From an uncultured Acidimicrobiales bacterium (lineage in GTDB: Bacteria; Actinomycetota; Acidimicrobiia; Acidimicrobiales; UBA10347), in assembly GCA_943788915.1 (NCBI GenBank), contig CALSSD010000013.1, positions 1 through 64,000 of the forward strand: a stretch of 64,000 bases of DNA. The letters are read 5' to 3'. The notes under the pieces are model-generated. The model searched no databases, was not told where the DNA came from, and was given only the letters and a program-made list of their open reading frames with translations. A program made the position numbers and the translations under genes. Each line of letters opens with the position of its first letter. The stretch's first letter is position 1. Of the stretch, positions 1-9,379 are shown piece by piece.

Positions 1-942
1 TACCTCATTGCTCACACGCCCGGCCGGAATATGGCCGGGCCATCGGGCGATGAACGGAACCCGGAGACAACCTTCCATTGCCGTGAAGTACGAGCCGCCC
101 CATGGGCCAGTCCAACCCCGCCACGGGAGCACGTCCTCGGCCCCATTGTCGCTCGTAAACACGAAGAGCGTGTCATCGGAGATATCGAGTTCGTCAAGCA
201 GGTCGGCGAGTTCACCGACTCGTTCGTCCATCTCATGGAAGGAGTCGGCAAAGGGCCCAAGTCCGGTACTGCCTTCGTAATCAGGGTGGGGCAAGGTCGG
301 GAAGTGCGGGAACGCGACCGGCATGTACGCAAAAAACGGCAGGTCAGCATCGACGGAACGGCGTATGAACTCATGGGTTCGGTCAAAGACGTGACCGTCG
401 AACAGCGCTCGTTGCTTTGCGTCGTAGTCGCCCAGCGGCGTGCTCGGCCCGCCGTCGCGTCGGCCCTCGAAGAGTTGTGCTGGTGGGACAACCTGTGGGT
501 CGTACCCCGGTGCCGACGCCCACAGCGACGAGTCGTGGGTTTCGAGAAGTCCCCACCATTCGTCGAATCCTCGTTCGTGGGGTTGGCGCCCCGCCGTGTC
601 GCCCAAGTGCCATTTGCCGAAGTGGGCAGTGGCGTATCCCTGCTGTGACAACAGTTCGGCCAGGGTCACTTCGTAGCGGGTAAGCCCGCTTGGCTGGCCA
701 GGCAGCGGTATACGCACGGTTCCCGAACGAATTGGGGTTCGACCGGTCATGACCGCCGAACGCGATGGGGTGCACTGCGCTTCCATGTTCATGTTGGTGA
801 GTCGCACACCGTCGGCCGCAAGCCGATCGATATTGGGGGTCGGGACCCCCCGCACGATTCCGCCGCCGTAACAACCAAGTTCGCCGAACCCTAAGTTGTC
901 GACAAACAGAAAGACGATGTTTGGTTTCTTGTCCGAGGGCAT
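1..942 (-). CDS. Arylsulfatase (formylglycine-dependent, Cys-type); runs off the left edge
   Basis: Manual translation (absent from the ORF track because it is truncated): MPSDKKPNIVFLFVDNLGFGELGCYGG...AQCTPSRSAVMTGR...GKWHLG...FTSDNG...EGCLRVP; CxPSR sulfatase motif. Confidence 0.93.
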   Translation of the reverse strand, partial: MPSDKKPNIVFLFVDNLGFGELGCYGGGIVRGVPTPNIDRLAADGVRLTNMNMEAQCTPSRSAVMTGRTPIRSGTVRIPLPGQPSGLTRYEVTLAELLSQQGYATAHFGKWHLGDTAGRQPHERGFDEWWGLLETHDSSLWASAPGYDPQVVPPAQLFEGRRDGGPSTPLGDYDAKQRALFDGHVFDRTHEFIRRSVDADLPFFAYMPVAFPHFPTLPHPDYEGSTGLGPFADSFHEMDERVGELADLLDELDISDDTLFVFTSDNGAEDVLPWRGWTGPWGGSYFTAMEGCLRVPFIARWPGHIPAGRVSNEV

Positions 943-957
943 GATGCTGCTCGCCAG

Positions 958-1404
958 TTATGCGGAGAGCACGAGTAGGAACTGTCCGCCAGCTGGTTCG
1001 ACTCGAAACGCGAACTGCACGCCGGGTTCTAGCCGCGAGACGCGGTCAACGAGCCAGGCACCGGCCAGGTTTGCGTCCTCGCTGGTGGGGCAACGCGCCA
1101 TGGCTTCACGTCCGCCTTTTGTAGCGAGCCGCTCTGCACTCTGGATGATCACGGCAGGATCAACCACGAAGAGGTGCTCTGGCCATTGCACCACGGCTTC
1201 GGTGTTGCCTTTGCCGGTGTTGCAGTCTCGGTGCGCCAACCGCTCGGGAAGCGAACGTGCCTTCTTCTTGGCCTTTTTGCGGGTCGATCGCGCATCGATA
1301 CTTGCGCCCCGAGGGTCGTTGACCGACATGGTTGGGTCAACGGGCTCGTCACAGAGCCAGCATCGCCAGCCGTCCGCTTCGCCGATTTCTTCAATAGTGC
1401 TCAC
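958..1404 (-). CDS. Hypothetical protein with degenerate HNH-like zinc finger
   Basis: CWLC...SIDAR...LAHRDCNTGKG resembles an HNH fold; start could extend to 1437. Confidence 0.6.
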   Translation of the reverse strand: MSTIEEIGEADGWRCWLCDEPVDPTMSVNDPRGASIDARSTRKKAKKKARSLPERLAHRDCNTGKGNTEAVVQWPEHLFVVDPAVIIQSAERLATKGGREAMARCPTSEDANLAGAWLVDRVSRLEPGVQFAFRVEPAGGQFLLVLSA

Positions 1405-1451
1405 CGAAAGACCGTAGTGGCCAACGACGAGTGACACGCACGTCGAGCAAG

Positions 1452-1487
1452 GAGGCAGGGACGGCCGTTGTGCCGTTTGCCTGCCTC
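1452..1487 (-). terminator. GC-rich hairpin downstream of the CBS gene, possible terminator
   Basis: GAGGCAGG-GACGGC...GCCGTT-TG-CCTGCCTC inverted repeat about 15 bp after the CBS gene stop. Confidence 0.45.
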
Positions 1488-1501
1488 GAGTTCCTCAACC
1501 G

Positions 1502-1975
1502 TCAGAAGTCAGAGGCAACAAGCCCAACAAGATCGAGCGAGCTGAGAATGCCGACGAGTTCATCGTTCTGGGTCACGAGTACCCGATGAACTCGTGCATC
1601 GATCATGCGTTGGGCCGCGTCACGCACATTGTGATCGGGCGCCACGGTGACAGGAATCGGCGTCATCACATCTTGCACTTTGGTATTCACCATACGATCG
1701 GCGATCTTCGCCCGTTCCAGGTTAAGCGCAGAGACCGCAGGCATAGATATCGGAAATGGGCTCATAAAATACTGCGATACTTCGCTTGCCGATATCTGCT
1801 CGTCGTACAAGACCCGTATGACATCAGATTGCGAGATGACGCCGACCAACACGCCATCGTCAACGACCGGCGCACCTGAAATCGAATTCAGGTTGAACAG
1901 CTCATCAACCTCTTTGAGTGTCGCGTGTGGTGTCGTCGTTACGACGTCTGTTGCCATGAGCTCTTCGACCAGCAT
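1502..1975 (-). CDS. CBS-domain pair protein
   Basis: VEELMATDVVT...ISGAPVVDDGVLVGVISQSD and VQDVMTPIPVTV...VHRVLVTQNDELVGILSSLD; GGAGG RBS before the ATG at 1975. Confidence 0.9.
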   Translation of the reverse strand: MLVEELMATDVVTTTPHATLKEVDELFNLNSISGAPVVDDGVLVGVISQSDVIRVLYDEQISASEVSQYFMSPFPISMPAVSALNLERAKIADRMVNTKVQDVMTPIPVTVAPDHNVRDAAQRMIDARVHRVLVTQNDELVGILSSLDLVGLVASDF

Positions 1976-2065
1976 GGGTTCCTCCCGGTTCGTGTACGTG
2001 TTGTTGTACAACGTGCCCGCCCCAGTCGCCAGAGGACAAAGTCCCTGGTCTCATGCACCGACGAA

Positions 2066-2848
2066 CTACTGGTAGTGATCGACCACGAAGGTCTGTTCGC
2101 GTTCAGGCGGCCGCAGATAGGTGCCTTGCTGACGGGGTGGCATGATCAGGGCGTCCGAACTGTGATCTTCGTACGGGACCGCTCCAAGCAGATGTTGGAT
2201 GCAGTTGAGCCGGGCCCGTCGTTTGTCGTCGCCATTGATGACCCACCACGGTGAGGCCTTGGTGTCGGTGTGAGCAAACATGGCATCTTTGGCCCTGCTG
2301 TAATCGATCCACCTGGCCCGCGACTCAAGGTCCATCTCACTGAGCTTCCACCGCTTGATGGGATGTTCGATTCGGTCCATAAATCGACGTTCTTGTTCGA
2401 CATCGCTCACCGAGAACCAGAACTTGATCAAGATGATGCCGGAACGGATGAGCATGCGCTCGAAATCCGGACAGGACACCAGGAACTCGTCGTATTCTTC
2501 GTCGGTGCAGAAACCCATAACCTTCTCGACGCCGGCGCGGTTGTACCAGCTCCGATCAAAAAGGACGATTTCACCGGCGGCGGGCAGGTGGGCGACATAC
2601 CGTTGGAAGTACCACTGCGAGCGTTCTCGTTCGGTTGGTTGTGCGAGTGCGACAACCCGCACCGTACGAGGGTTGGTCCGCTGGAGAATGCGTTTTATCG
2701 CACCTCCCTTGCCAGCAGCGTCTCTGCCTTCGAAGATCACACACACCTTGAGGCCCTGGTTACGTACGTGACTTTGCAGCTTCACCAGTTCGCGCTGCAA
2801 ACGCAGCAACTCCGGTTCGTAGATGTTTTTGGACAGCCGCTTGCTCAC
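2066..2848 (-). CDS. ppk2: Polyphosphate kinase 2
   Basis: FEGRDAAGKGG Walker A, FDRSWYNR, WKLSEMD. Confidence 0.95.
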   Translation of the reverse strand: MSKRLSKNIYEPELLRLQRELVKLQSHVRNQGLKVCVIFEGRDAAGKGGAIKRILQRTNPRTVRVVALAQPTERERSQWYFQRYVAHLPAAGEIVLFDRSWYNRAGVEKVMGFCTDEEYDEFLVSCPDFERMLIRSGIILIKFWFSVSDVEQERRFMDRIEHPIKRWKLSEMDLESRARWIDYSRAKDAMFAHTDTKASPWWVINGDDKRRARLNCIQHLLGAVPYEDHSSDALIMPPRQQGTYLRPPEREQTFVVDHYQ

Positions 2849-3786
2849 AGCTTGAACTTGCCGCTGCGGATTCGGTCGGCCTCCATCAGCTCAAGTTCGT
2901 GGGCTCCGGAGACGACCACCCGTGGATCGGGTACAAAGTCCAGGTCAGTGGCTCGGTTCTCGTAGTCGACCGCGTCGAGAATCACCCGCATTGCATTCAG
3001 GCGTGCGTTGTGTTTGTTCTCGGAACGGATCACGGTCCACGGTGTCTTGGTGGTGTTGGTTTCTTTGAGCATCTCGTACTTGCGCTCGGTAAAGGCATCC
3101 CATAAATCCTGCGCCTGCACATCGATTTCGCTGAGCTTCCACTGCCGCAAAGGATCATGTTTCCGGCGCTCGAAGCGACGCTGCTGTTCTTTCTTCGTCA
3201 CCGAGAAATACAGCTTGACCAAGATTGTGCCTTGGCGCACGAGATCCTTTTCGAAACCGACGACACCTCGGAGAAAGTGCGCGTGTTCTTTCTCGGTGCA
3301 GAAGCCGAATACAGGCTCCACCATGGCCCGGTTGTACCAGCTTCGGTCGAACAGAATGATCTCGCCACCACGAGGAAACCGTGAGACATACCGCTGGAAG
3401 TACCACTGGCTGCGCTCTTGCTCGGTTGGTTTTCCGAGCGCGACGACCTGGTAGTGCTTCTCATTCATGTAACGAGTGATCCGTCGAATGGTGCCGCCCT
3501 TACCCGCTGCATCGCGCCCCTCAAAGAGCACGATCATCTTGCGCTGGGTGGACTCAAGATGCGCCTGTAACTTCAACAGTTCAACCTGAAACGGTTGGAG
3601 TTCCAGCTCCTTATGTGCTTTCTTTCGCAGCTGGTGGTTCGCCCGCTTCTCTGCTTGCAACTCGTCGCGCAGCTCGGCGATGGTGACGTCGGCAGTGGTC
3701 ATGGCTGTGGTCCTGGCTGTGGTCATGGCAGGACCCGAATCGGTGCTGTGACCATTGTTCGTAGAGTGCGACAGCTTCTGGTTCAT
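2845..3786 (-). CDS. ppk2: Polyphosphate kinase 2 (second copy, N-terminal extension)
   Basis: FEGRDAAGKGG, FDRSWYNR, WKLSEID; start probably MNQKLS; 4-bp overlap with the downstream ppk2. Confidence 0.92.
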   Translation of the reverse strand: MNQKLSHSTNNGHSTDSGPAMTTARTTAMTTADVTIAELRDELQAEKRANHQLRKKAHKELELQPFQVELLKLQAHLESTQRKMIVLFEGRDAAGKGGTIRRITRYMNEKHYQVVALGKPTEQERSQWYFQRYVSRFPRGGEIILFDRSWYNRAMVEPVFGFCTEKEHAHFLRGVVGFEKDLVRQGTILVKLYFSVTKKEQQRRFERRKHDPLRQWKLSEIDVQAQDLWDAFTERKYEMLKETNTTKTPWTVIRSENKHNARLNAMRVILDAVDYENRATDLDFVPDPRVVVSGAHELELMEADRIRSGKFKL

Positions 3787-3843
3787 CCGTATGCCTTCCA
3801 AGGGCTTATACAGCGACACAATGGGCCGGTTTGGCGTGCTGCG

Positions 3844-3863
3844 CCAGGGTCGAACGTCCCTGG
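3844..3863. promoter_or_regulatory. DosR-like palindrome upstream of the ppk2 pair
   Basis: CCAGGGTCGAACGTCCCTGG, near-perfect palindrome of the form GGG(A/T)C-N4-GTCCC. Confidence 0.5.
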
Positions 3864-3932
3864 CTCCCAACACGAATCGGTTGTGGACCTTGGGCTCTAG
3901 CTCGGCACACGTCAAGGTGTTACTACCAAGGT

Positions 3933-4118
3933 ATGGAACCGAACCTGCACGATCTTGTTACCCGGCTGCTCGCAGAAGAAGCTCACCTCATCGGGCAGGA
4001 AGTCCAGGACGCTTCAAACAAGCGTGACCTGGACCGGCTGGCCGTCGTTTCAGGCGAACTCGACGGACTCGCTGATCTGTTCCGAGGTCGTCGGCCCCGT
4101 CCGCACACACACGGCTGA
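3933..4118 (+). CDS. Small helical protein, DUF2630-like
   Basis: MEPNLHDLVTRLLAEEAHL...RLAVVSGELDGLADLFRGRR resembles actinobacterial DUF2630. Confidence 0.5.
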   Translation: MEPNLHDLVTRLLAEEAHLIGQEVQDASNKRDLDRLAVVSGELDGLADLFRGRRPRPHTHG

Positions 4119-4422
4119 GACCTCGCACTGGTCATGGTTGTCGGGTGAGCCGAAGTGGGGATAGAGATCGCGGCAACCGCAGATGCCTTCGGCGCTGATG
4201 GGGACGACGAGATAGGGCACCGGTATGGCGAACATCTCTCGAACAACGCCATCTTCGACGTCGTGTTCTTTGTCGATGACGCAGCACTCAACGGTGTGAT
4301 CCGGTGTAAACGACCGCACGACAGGCGTTGTGCTGCGAATGTGATCGACCACCGGGAAGTCGTCACTATTTAGCCCGCTGCCTTCTTGTGCCGACACAGT
4401 GAACCAGGGTAGAAGTGGGACT

Positions 4423-5169
4423 GTGGATCTTGAACTGGTTGGTAAACGCGTCTTGGTGACTGGCGGTAGCCGGGGGATTGGACGGGCCATAACCAAGGCC
4501 TTTCTCGACGAGGGAGCCGAGGTCGCTATCTGCGCTCGCGATCGGGCCGGCCTTGCCGCTGCCGCCGCGGAGCTGAGCGACTTCGGTCGCGTCCATCATC
4601 GCCCTGCTGATATTGGCGCGAAGGGAGAACCAACGGCCGTGGTCGATTGGGCCGTTGAAACCATGGGTGGCATCGACATCTTGGTCTCGAATGTTTCTGC
4701 CATGGCCGGGCCTGACTGGGAGGCGTCGGTTGCGGTGGACTTGGTAGGCAACAACGAACTTATTCGGGCCGCACTGGAGCACATGGAAGACCACTCCGGA
4801 GCGAACATCGTGTGTATCGGGTCACGGGCTGCCAGCATTGGCGCTCCTCGGATTCCTGCGTATGCAGCCGTCAAGGCGGCAACGGTCAGCATGGTGAAGT
4901 CGCTCGCTCGAGAAATCGCCCGGCGCGGTATCCGTGCGAACGTCGTGTCGCCTGGCGACGTCATCTTTCCAGGCGGCTCATGGGACGAGGCGCGCCAGGA
5001 AGACGGCAAGCTTTGGCACGCCATCGTTCGGGAAAATCCGTTCCGTCGGCTTGGCGAACCTGAGGAGATTGCCGACGTTGTCGCGTTCGTCGCAAGTAAT
5101 CGCGCCAGTTTCATGACTGGAGCCAATGTGCTCGTCGACGGCGGCGCCACCCCCGGCATTCAAATCTGA
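4423..5169 (+). CDS. SDR family oxidoreductase
   Basis: TGGSRGIG, YAAVK, NVVSPG, VDGG. Confidence 0.93.
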   Translation: MDLELVGKRVLVTGGSRGIGRAITKAFLDEGAEVAICARDRAGLAAAAAELSDFGRVHHRPADIGAKGEPTAVVDWAVETMGGIDILVSNVSAMAGPDWEASVAVDLVGNNELIRAALEHMEDHSGANIVCIGSRAASIGAPRIPAYAAVKAATVSMVKSLAREIARRGIRANVVSPGDVIFPGGSWDEARQEDGKLWHAIVRENPFRRLGEPEEIADVVAFVASNRASFMTGANVLVDGGATPGIQI

Positions 5170-5217
5170 GACACCGGTCACAACAGAAACCAGTCGGCAC
5201 CTTGCAGCTCACCAACC

Positions 5218-5605
5218 TTAGCTCTGCCAGCTGGGCGAACGGTACGGCGGCACGATGTTGGTCGCGATCCAGGCATCGGTGTCTGGGCGGGGTAATTCGT
5301 AACTCGGCTCCCCCTTGCAACTGATGCGATACATCAGCCGAGCATCTGCTGGATCATTGATGATCTTCTTGTTGGGCGGAGCCACATGCAGCGTCGAGAA
5401 GTTGCTCCAGATGGTGACGTCGCCGGGTCTATGCACATGGTCGTAGCGAAATTGAGGCTGCAACACATGTTCTTCACCATTGATGGGCGAGGTCGACACC
5501 AACAATTCGCCGGCCCATGGATCCGGATGCAGACAGCGGCTGGAGCGAAGCGGTCGCCACGAACTGCTTCTGGAGTTCGGCTTGCGGGTCCGCGAGTCGT
5601 GACAT
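5218..5605 (-). pseudogene. TauD/TfdA dioxygenase remnant with large internal deletion
   Basis: N-terminus MSRLAD...LQPLSASGSMGRRIVGVDLA joined out of frame (near 5480) to C-terminus QPQFRYDHVHRPGDVTIWSNFSTLH...RLMYR. Confidence 0.7.
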
Positions 5606-5709
5606 GTCAACGTTCTAGCGGACGTCAGCCGGCCCGTGGGAATCAAGCAACCAAGGCTACGTCTGTTTCATCTGACGGTGCAGCGGGCGAGGTGTGGAAT
5701 GCTGTTCAG

Positions 5710-7782
5710 ATGGTGCAACAGATCCGGGTTACGTGTACGCATGATTGTCCAGATGCGTGTTCCGCGCTTGTGACTGTCGACGATGGCATCGCAGTCGGAA
5801 TCGGCGCGGACAACAGCCACCCGGTCACGGGTCGACATCTTTGCGCCAAGGTTGATCGTTACCTTGAGCGGGTCTATGACCCGGCGCGCCTGACCACACC
5901 GTTGCGACGAGTGGGTAAAAAGGGCGCCGGCGAGTTCGAACCGATCTCTTGGGAACAGGCGGTCGACGAGATCGGTGCGCAATGGACTGGCATCATTGAT
6001 GAGTCGGGCGCAGAAGCCATTCTGCCATTTTCTTATCTGGGCAACATGGGTGTCCTATCGGCGTTTGGTCCCATGTTTGGTTTGTTTAATCACCTCGGAG
6101 CAAGTCAACTCGAACGTGGGATCTGTGGCGGCCAAGCGTTGGCGATCACTGCGGCGCTTGGAGCGATGCAGGTTGACCCCGAGTTGGTTACCGAAACTGA
6201 AATGATCGTGTGCTGGGGTATCGATGTGGTCTCCACATCGATACACACATGGGATCTGATCCGAGAGGCACGAAAGCGTGGCGCTCGGCTCGTTGTGGTT
6301 GACCCGTACCGTTCGGCCACGGCACGACGCGCAGATGACCATCTGGCGATCCGGCCTGGCACCGACGGTGCTCTGGCCTTGGGTGTCGCCAAGGTGATGA
6401 TCGATGAGGGTCTCGTCGACCAGGCGTACATCGATGATTACACCAGCGGCTACGAAGCGTTCGCTTTGAGCGCCAGCGACTGGCCAGTGGACAGGGTCGC
6501 AGACGTCACGGGGCTCTCCGAGACACAGATCCTTGCCTTCGCTCGTGGGTATGCACAAGCGAGCCCCGCCGTGATCCGATTCGGCGTTGGGATGCAGCGC
6601 GCTGCTGGCGCAGGCATGGCGGTCCGGGCACTGCAGTGCCTGCCGGCACTCGCCGGTCATTGGCGCCATCTTGGCGGCGGTATTGCCAACGCACGCACGA
6701 TTCCGATGACCGGTCGCGAGAAAATGTGGGGCCCCGGCAATCCTGAACTTGGCGAACCATTAACCACCCGTTCGTTCAACATGATTCAACTCGGTCAAGC
6801 GCTCACCGATGCTTCGCTTGACCCTCCGATTCGTGCGCTGTTCGTCTGGAACTCGAATCCAGCAGTCATCACGGGCGATCAGAACAGGGTCCTTGCAGGC
6901 CTTGCCCGAACCGATCTCTTCACCGTTGTGCACGATCTCTTTCTGACCGATACCGCTCGGTACGCGGACATCGTGCTCCCGGCGCCATCCATGATCGAAC
7001 ACGAGGACCTCGTGGCTTCGTGGGGATTCAACTACATCGGCCTTAACCGGGCTGCGATTGCCCCCGTCGGCGAATCAAAACCAAACAGCGAGGTTGCCCG
7101 ATTGTTAGCCACCCGCATGAATCTTGATGACCCACTTTTTGCCATGACTGACGACGAACTGATCCGGCACTGTCTTTCGGGATCCGCTGCCGAGGCTGCG
7201 GGTGCTGGCTACGACAGCCTCGACCAGGACGGTTTCGTTCAAGTCCAACACCCCGGTGGAGAAGTTCCGTTCGCTCACGGAGGTTTCCCCGGTTCGGTCG
7301 ACGGGCGGTTTGAGTTCTCTTCGGTCCTCTTCGATCAAGCCTTCGGTCTCGGAGCCATTCCAAGGTTCATCGAACCCGCCGAAAGCCCAGAATCACAGCC
7401 AGACCTAGCCCGCCGCTTTCCGCTGCGCCTCCTCACATTGAAGCGACATTTCAGCATCAACTCCTCCTACGGCGACCTGCCGGTGCTCCGAGGAGCCGAA
7501 CCGGAGTTGAGGATCGAGCTGCATCCTGACGATGCTGCTCAGCGGGGCGTCGCTTCCGGGGATCGCGTCGACGTGTTCAATGAGCGCGGTCGAGTCAGCG
7601 GCATGGCCGACGTGAGTACTGCCGTCACGCCTGGCGTCGTGGTGGTGCCATTTGGGCGTTGGCTCGATGGCGGCCAAGGCGCCAACGCTCTTACCAGCGA
7701 CCGACTAGGCGATCTTGGCGGCGGTCCCACGTTTTGTGATGCACTCGTCGAGATTGAGGCTGCGGGTGTGCCACACCAATGA
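5710..7782 (+). CDS. Molybdopterin (bis-MGD) oxidoreductase with N-terminal 4Fe-4S cluster
   Basis: CTHDCPDAC...LCAK, TDTARYADIVLPA, C-terminal ELHPDDA...GD.V...NERG; the ORF extension to 5386 overlaps the TauD remnant. Confidence 0.92.
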   Translation: MVQQIRVTCTHDCPDACSALVTVDDGIAVGIGADNSHPVTGRHLCAKVDRYLERVYDPARLTTPLRRVGKKGAGEFEPISWEQAVDEIGAQWTGIIDESGAEAILPFSYLGNMGVLSAFGPMFGLFNHLGASQLERGICGGQALAITAALGAMQVDPELVTETEMIVCWGIDVVSTSIHTWDLIREARKRGARLVVVDPYRSATARRADDHLAIRPGTDGALALGVAKVMIDEGLVDQAYIDDYTSGYEAFALSASDWPVDRVADVTGLSETQILAFARGYAQASPAVIRFGVGMQRAAGAGMAVRALQCLPALAGHWRHLGGGIANARTIPMTGREKMWGPGNPELGEPLTTRSFNMIQLGQALTDASLDPPIRALFVWNSNPAVITGDQNRVLAGLARTDLFTVVHDLFLTDTARYADIVLPAPSMIEHEDLVASWGFNYIGLNRAAIAPVGESKPNSEVARLLATRMNLDDPLFAMTDDELIRHCLSGSAAEAAGAGYDSLDQDGFVQVQHPGGEVPFAHGGFPGSVDGRFEFSSVLFDQAFGLGAIPRFIEPAESPESQPDLARRFPLRLLTLKRHFSINSSYGDLPVLRGAEPELRIELHPDDAAQRGVASGDRVDVFNERGRVSGMADVSTAVTPGVVVVPFGRWLDGGQGANALTSDRLGDLGGGPTFCDALVEIEAAGVPHQ

Positions 7783-8562
7783 CTACGAGTTGGCGAGATC
7801 AGCCGGATTGACGGCATCACCCCGGGCCGCAGCGTGGCCTCGGGCTGCTTTGGCGAGGTCCCGCAGCTCTTGACGCTCATCGCTGGTCAGGACATCGAAG
7901 TCAGGAGCGTGTAGGCGGTCGGTCATCGATTCGATCTCTCCGCGCGCATCGCCCAGCCCGGACACGTCCGGATACGGGGGCTTCCATCCGAAGAACTTTG
8001 CGTTCCACTCACCGGTTGGACCACTCAAGATTGCCTCGAGTGGTCCCATGCCAAGCGCCTGCACCGCTACGCAGTGACGACCGAAGCGCAGCTCGCGTAG
8101 CGTCTGACACAGCTGGAAAGTGCGTGATGCTCCGCTGGCGGGCAGCGGCTGGTCACGCCAGCCAACAAAGGTAGGGGCTCCAAGCGGACTAGCGGCGGTA
8201 ACGACTCGTTCGGCAAGTTCACCCAGTCGTTCCACACCGTCGAAACCTTCCAATCGTTCCTCGCCCCAGTCTTGGCAGATCTGTGCATACACAGCTGCGC
8301 CATCGGCTGGAGCCGTGACGGCTCGCCCTCGCTTGACCATGTCTCGCATATGGTCGGGCTCCCAGAAGAAAGCAGCCGCCACGACATTGTCCGGCGGGCA
8401 ATCGCCGAGCACGCCGAGACGACCGACGGCATAGGCAGCGTTCGAATCGTCGGACATCCCGGCAGCGACCGCTTTTTCGTTGGTGGACGGTGCCATTAAC
8501 CATTCCATTGCCAGCATGCCGATCGAACCCCGCATGCTGCGAGCGAGTTTTAGTGATTCCAT
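7783..8562 (-). CDS. Actinobacterial conserved protein (SCO6745/EvbL-like)
   Basis: YAVGRLGVLGD...VAAAFFWEP...LRELRFGRH...GW pattern. Confidence 0.7.
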   Translation of the reverse strand: MESLKLARSMRGSIGMLAMEWLMAPSTNEKAVAAGMSDDSNAAYAVGRLGVLGDCPPDNVVAAAFFWEPDHMRDMVKRGRAVTAPADGAAVYAQICQDWGEERLEGFDGVERLGELAERVVTAASPLGAPTFVGWRDQPLPASGASRTFQLCQTLRELRFGRHCVAVQALGMGPLEAILSGPTGEWNAKFFGWKPPYPDVSGLGDARGEIESMTDRLHAPDFDVLTSDERQELRDLAKAARGHAAARGDAVNPADLANS

Positions 8563-8625
8563 GTCTCCAACGTAGGTTTGCCGCAAACCGGTGCCCAAAT
8601 GGGCTGGTTCGAGCCATTCCAGACC

Positions 8626-9369
8626 TTACGTCCAGGTCCCGAACTGTTTGACTTTGCCCGGGAGCGCTTGCCATGCCTCCAGGACAGCCGGGTCGCCCGA
8701 CGATACGACGACGTGTTCATGGGGTCGACCCCAGATGGCCAACAGGACCTGAGCCGATGGGCCGCGCATCGTGACCCGATGAGCGGACGCGGATCCAATG
8801 ACCGCACTTCCCACCAAACCGCCGGTGTCGGCCAGGAGTTCCATCGTTACCTCGCCCGGGTCTTCGCTGGCATCGACGCGCAGCGCTGGCATGAAGTACT
8901 CGGCGGCGTATAAAGCGGAGTCGAGTGCTTCGGCGTCTGTGATCTGATGGGGGTGGTTCAGTGCTGCTTCAACGTCGAGCCGGTGTATCCCGATCTCCGA
9001 CGCAGCGTGCCAGGCCCACAATGCTGCGGTCCCTGCACCTCCGGTCATTGAGAAGTACACCGGTGTTGGGTCGTCGGTGGCCATCTGATCGAGCGCTCGA
9101 TGAGCCCAGCTGGCTAACTCGGCTGGTTCGACGCCAGTTGGCAACTCAGTGACCCTTCGAAGAGCCTTACTGCGAGCGTCTGTGTCGGTAGGTGGGTACG
9201 CCATCATGTACTCCCAGAAGACAGAGGCGCGGCAGATGTGCACGGCGGCGTTGTACACCGTCCATCCCGGACAATTCGGCACGGCCACGACGAGCTGGTC
9301 TGACGGACGGCTTGTCACATAGTCGACAGCGGCCCGAGCGGCCTGAATACGTTCTTCCTGGCGCAACAT
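8626..9369 (-). CDS. Mycothiol-dependent maleylpyruvate isomerase (MDMPI) family protein
   Basis: VPNCPGWTVYNAAVH, EIGIHRLD, LLAIWGR. Confidence 0.85.
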   Translation of the reverse strand: MLRQEERIQAARAAVDYVTSRPSDQLVVAVPNCPGWTVYNAAVHICRASVFWEYMMAYPPTDTDARSKALRRVTELPTGVEPAELASWAHRALDQMATDDPTPVYFSMTGGAGTAALWAWHAASEIGIHRLDVEAALNHPHQITDAEALDSALYAAEYFMPALRVDASEDPGEVTMELLADTGGLVGSAVIGSASAHRVTMRGPSAQVLLAIWGRPHEHVVVSSGDPAVLEAWQALPGKVKQFGTWT

Positions 9370-9379
9370 TGATCCGACA

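Noticed and set aside
4134..4373. ORF with an upstream in-frame TGA (MVVG*AEVG...) as a third selenoprotein
   Set aside because: No redox motif, no recognisable family and no GGUC hairpin after the TGA; coding status is unclear.
5386..5709. N-terminal extensions in the ORF track (also 9962-10300, 34600-34974, 38483-38743, 14561-14758)
   Set aside because: They overlap other genes or lack family similarity; downstream starts fit the domain boundaries.
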